Shown in pieces: positions 62,513 to 64,000 of a stretch of DNA of 64,000 bases. The notes beneath the pieces were generated by a model. The model was not told where the DNA came from, ran no database searches, and worked only from the letters and a program-made list of their open reading frames with translations. Each line of letters begins with the position of its first letter. Within the stretch, counting starts at the first letter, position 1. The translations under genes and the position numbers were made by a program. The stretch covers positions 2,790,001-2,854,000 of the forward strand of contig JBHGNT010000002.1 in the NCBI GenBank assembly GCA_043228905.1, in the 5' to 3' direction. The stretch is from Azolla caroliniana (taxonomy: Eukaryota; Plantae; Polypodiophyta).

Positions 62513-63760
62513 CTTTAAACTTTATTGCAATGTTCGTCCTATATCTACAAGGAAGTTTTAGTTTATCCCAAGGTAAGCTTAAGTGTATCCTCAAGAGTCT
62601 CTTTAGTGTTGAAGGTAAGATGTCTAATAGATACTTATAAAGGGTTTCATAAGTATGTGATATTGATTGACGTGAGTGCAATGAGTGTGTATTTGGTATA
62701 ATATAATACTGATTCTTCCTTTGATTATTCTTCAAATTTGTTTCTTGGTGATAACTTGTGTAGATGATGTAGATACACGAACCAATTTCATTGTTTTGAT
62801 TCCAAACTCACGAGTATTACTATTAGGCAATGTCTATTAACTATTTCTTTTGCAAAGTAAGGAGATCAAAATAGCCAGCATTAAGGTGGATCAATATACA
62901 TCGCCAAAACCATGACAATGGTAGAGAAGAGCTTGCATTATGCATGCTAGATAGGTCGATGTTGACTACATTGAAGTGTTAGGCAAATCATTCACATTCC
63001 ATACCAAGAGGAACATTTCCACTTGCTGGACAATCATTATGTAGAAGGCATGGCCTGCTTGTTACATGACCCATGAGATGCAAGAGGTGCCCCTTAATAA
63101 TGTATATATGCAGGAGATCAATCACAGGTAATATCCTGACCTTAATAATTGAGACACTATATAAAGGACATCTCAGAAGTTCATCTATTTCAGGTATCCC
63201 TGGATGTTTATCCTGTCACAACCGAACTCAAACAACTAAGTTGGACCATTTGTTATTGGCATATTTGAGCCCTACAACATATCAGATCTTGGGACCATAT
63301 AATATCCTGATTCATAAATGATGCCAGGAACCCTTCTATCAGCAAGAGACAACCTTTTATGTGTATGCAAATTCACTCTTCCATATTAAAAAATCTCTGA
63401 CTGTGCTCCTTTCACCTGAAAGTGAAAGTTCTGGAGATGAACGCCCTTGGTAGCAATGATTCATGATAGATTTGACATTCATGACTTACAAAACAATTTC
63501 AATAAATTTAGTGCTTATTTCTCTAAAAACTCAATTGTAAACTAGATCAATTCCTCACCTAGAGAGCATAGAAATTCCAAAAACACAGACACATATGGAA
63601 GAAAGTCAAAACTAGATTCGTTTCAAAATTGGTTAAGATCCAAGAATGGTCCTATTGACTATAATCCCAGCTTTTGCCCAGCTTGTAGAATATAATCCTG
63701 ACAAAAAATTTGATCATCCGTCAAAACCTACAAAACACGAACTCATGTCTTGTAAATTAA

Positions 63761-64000
63761 TCAAAGGCCTTCCCAGCCAGCTGCACCAGCAGGAGCAGGA
63801 GGAGCTGGAGCAGAATCCCATCCTTGACTGGCACCTAAAAAAAAGTCAAGATGACATTAACACGAGGCTAAACCAAAGTCAAGTGAACACATGGTAAAGT
63901 CAATACATACCAGCTGGCCCAGCGGACCATTCTTGCGCAGCTACTGGAATTGCTGTCACAGGTGCTTCCCAGTTACCCACAGCAGCATCAGTTCCATCTG
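63761..64000 (-). CDS. RPSA: 3' exons of a probable 40S ribosomal protein SA (p40) gene, partial
   Basis: Exons about 63997-63911 and 63834-63761 (GT-AG) encode DGTDAAVGNWEAPVTAIPVAAQEWSAGPAGASQGWDSAPAPPAPAGAAGWEGL*, the Trp/Ala/Pro-rich acidic tail typical of plant RPSA. The conserved N-terminal domain is outside the window. Confidence 0.65.

Noticed and set aside
60340-63500. Further LTR or LINE relics (duplicated segment 61010-61235; WNVNDL-like motif near 63000)
   Set aside because: Boundaries, TSDs and motifs are too weak to support a call.

Overview
Eukaryotic land-plant nuclear DNA, probably a non-seed plant such as a fern (inference from gene and TE families; species not determinable here). 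All five host genes are on the minus strand, with exons traced by hand through GT-AG junctions: a BAG-family co-chaperone (4 exons), ATP-dependent PEP carboxykinase (12 exons), a DUF2062-like membrane protein (5 exons, 7.5 kb first intron), a farnesylated type-A DnaJ (7 exons) and the 3' end of a probable 40S ribosomal protein SA gene. Positions 1-6.1 kb and 15-35.5 kb are nested transposons. These include a decayed Ty1/copia inserted in a LINE and a second LINE spread over about 17 kb. That LINE hosts a solo LTR with a 4-bp TSD, which in turn hosts an intact Ty1/copia with identical 284-bp LTRs. Its RT region is replaced by a 6.7-kb composite (18900-25620). The composite holds a TG..CA fold-back unit with ~130-bp inverted repeats around an orphan ORF, a 14-unit bulged-hairpin array, an LTR, and a GC-rich gypsy-Gag-derived ORF with peptide repeats placed directly behind a Mutator-like TIR. 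This composite is the most unusual part of the window.
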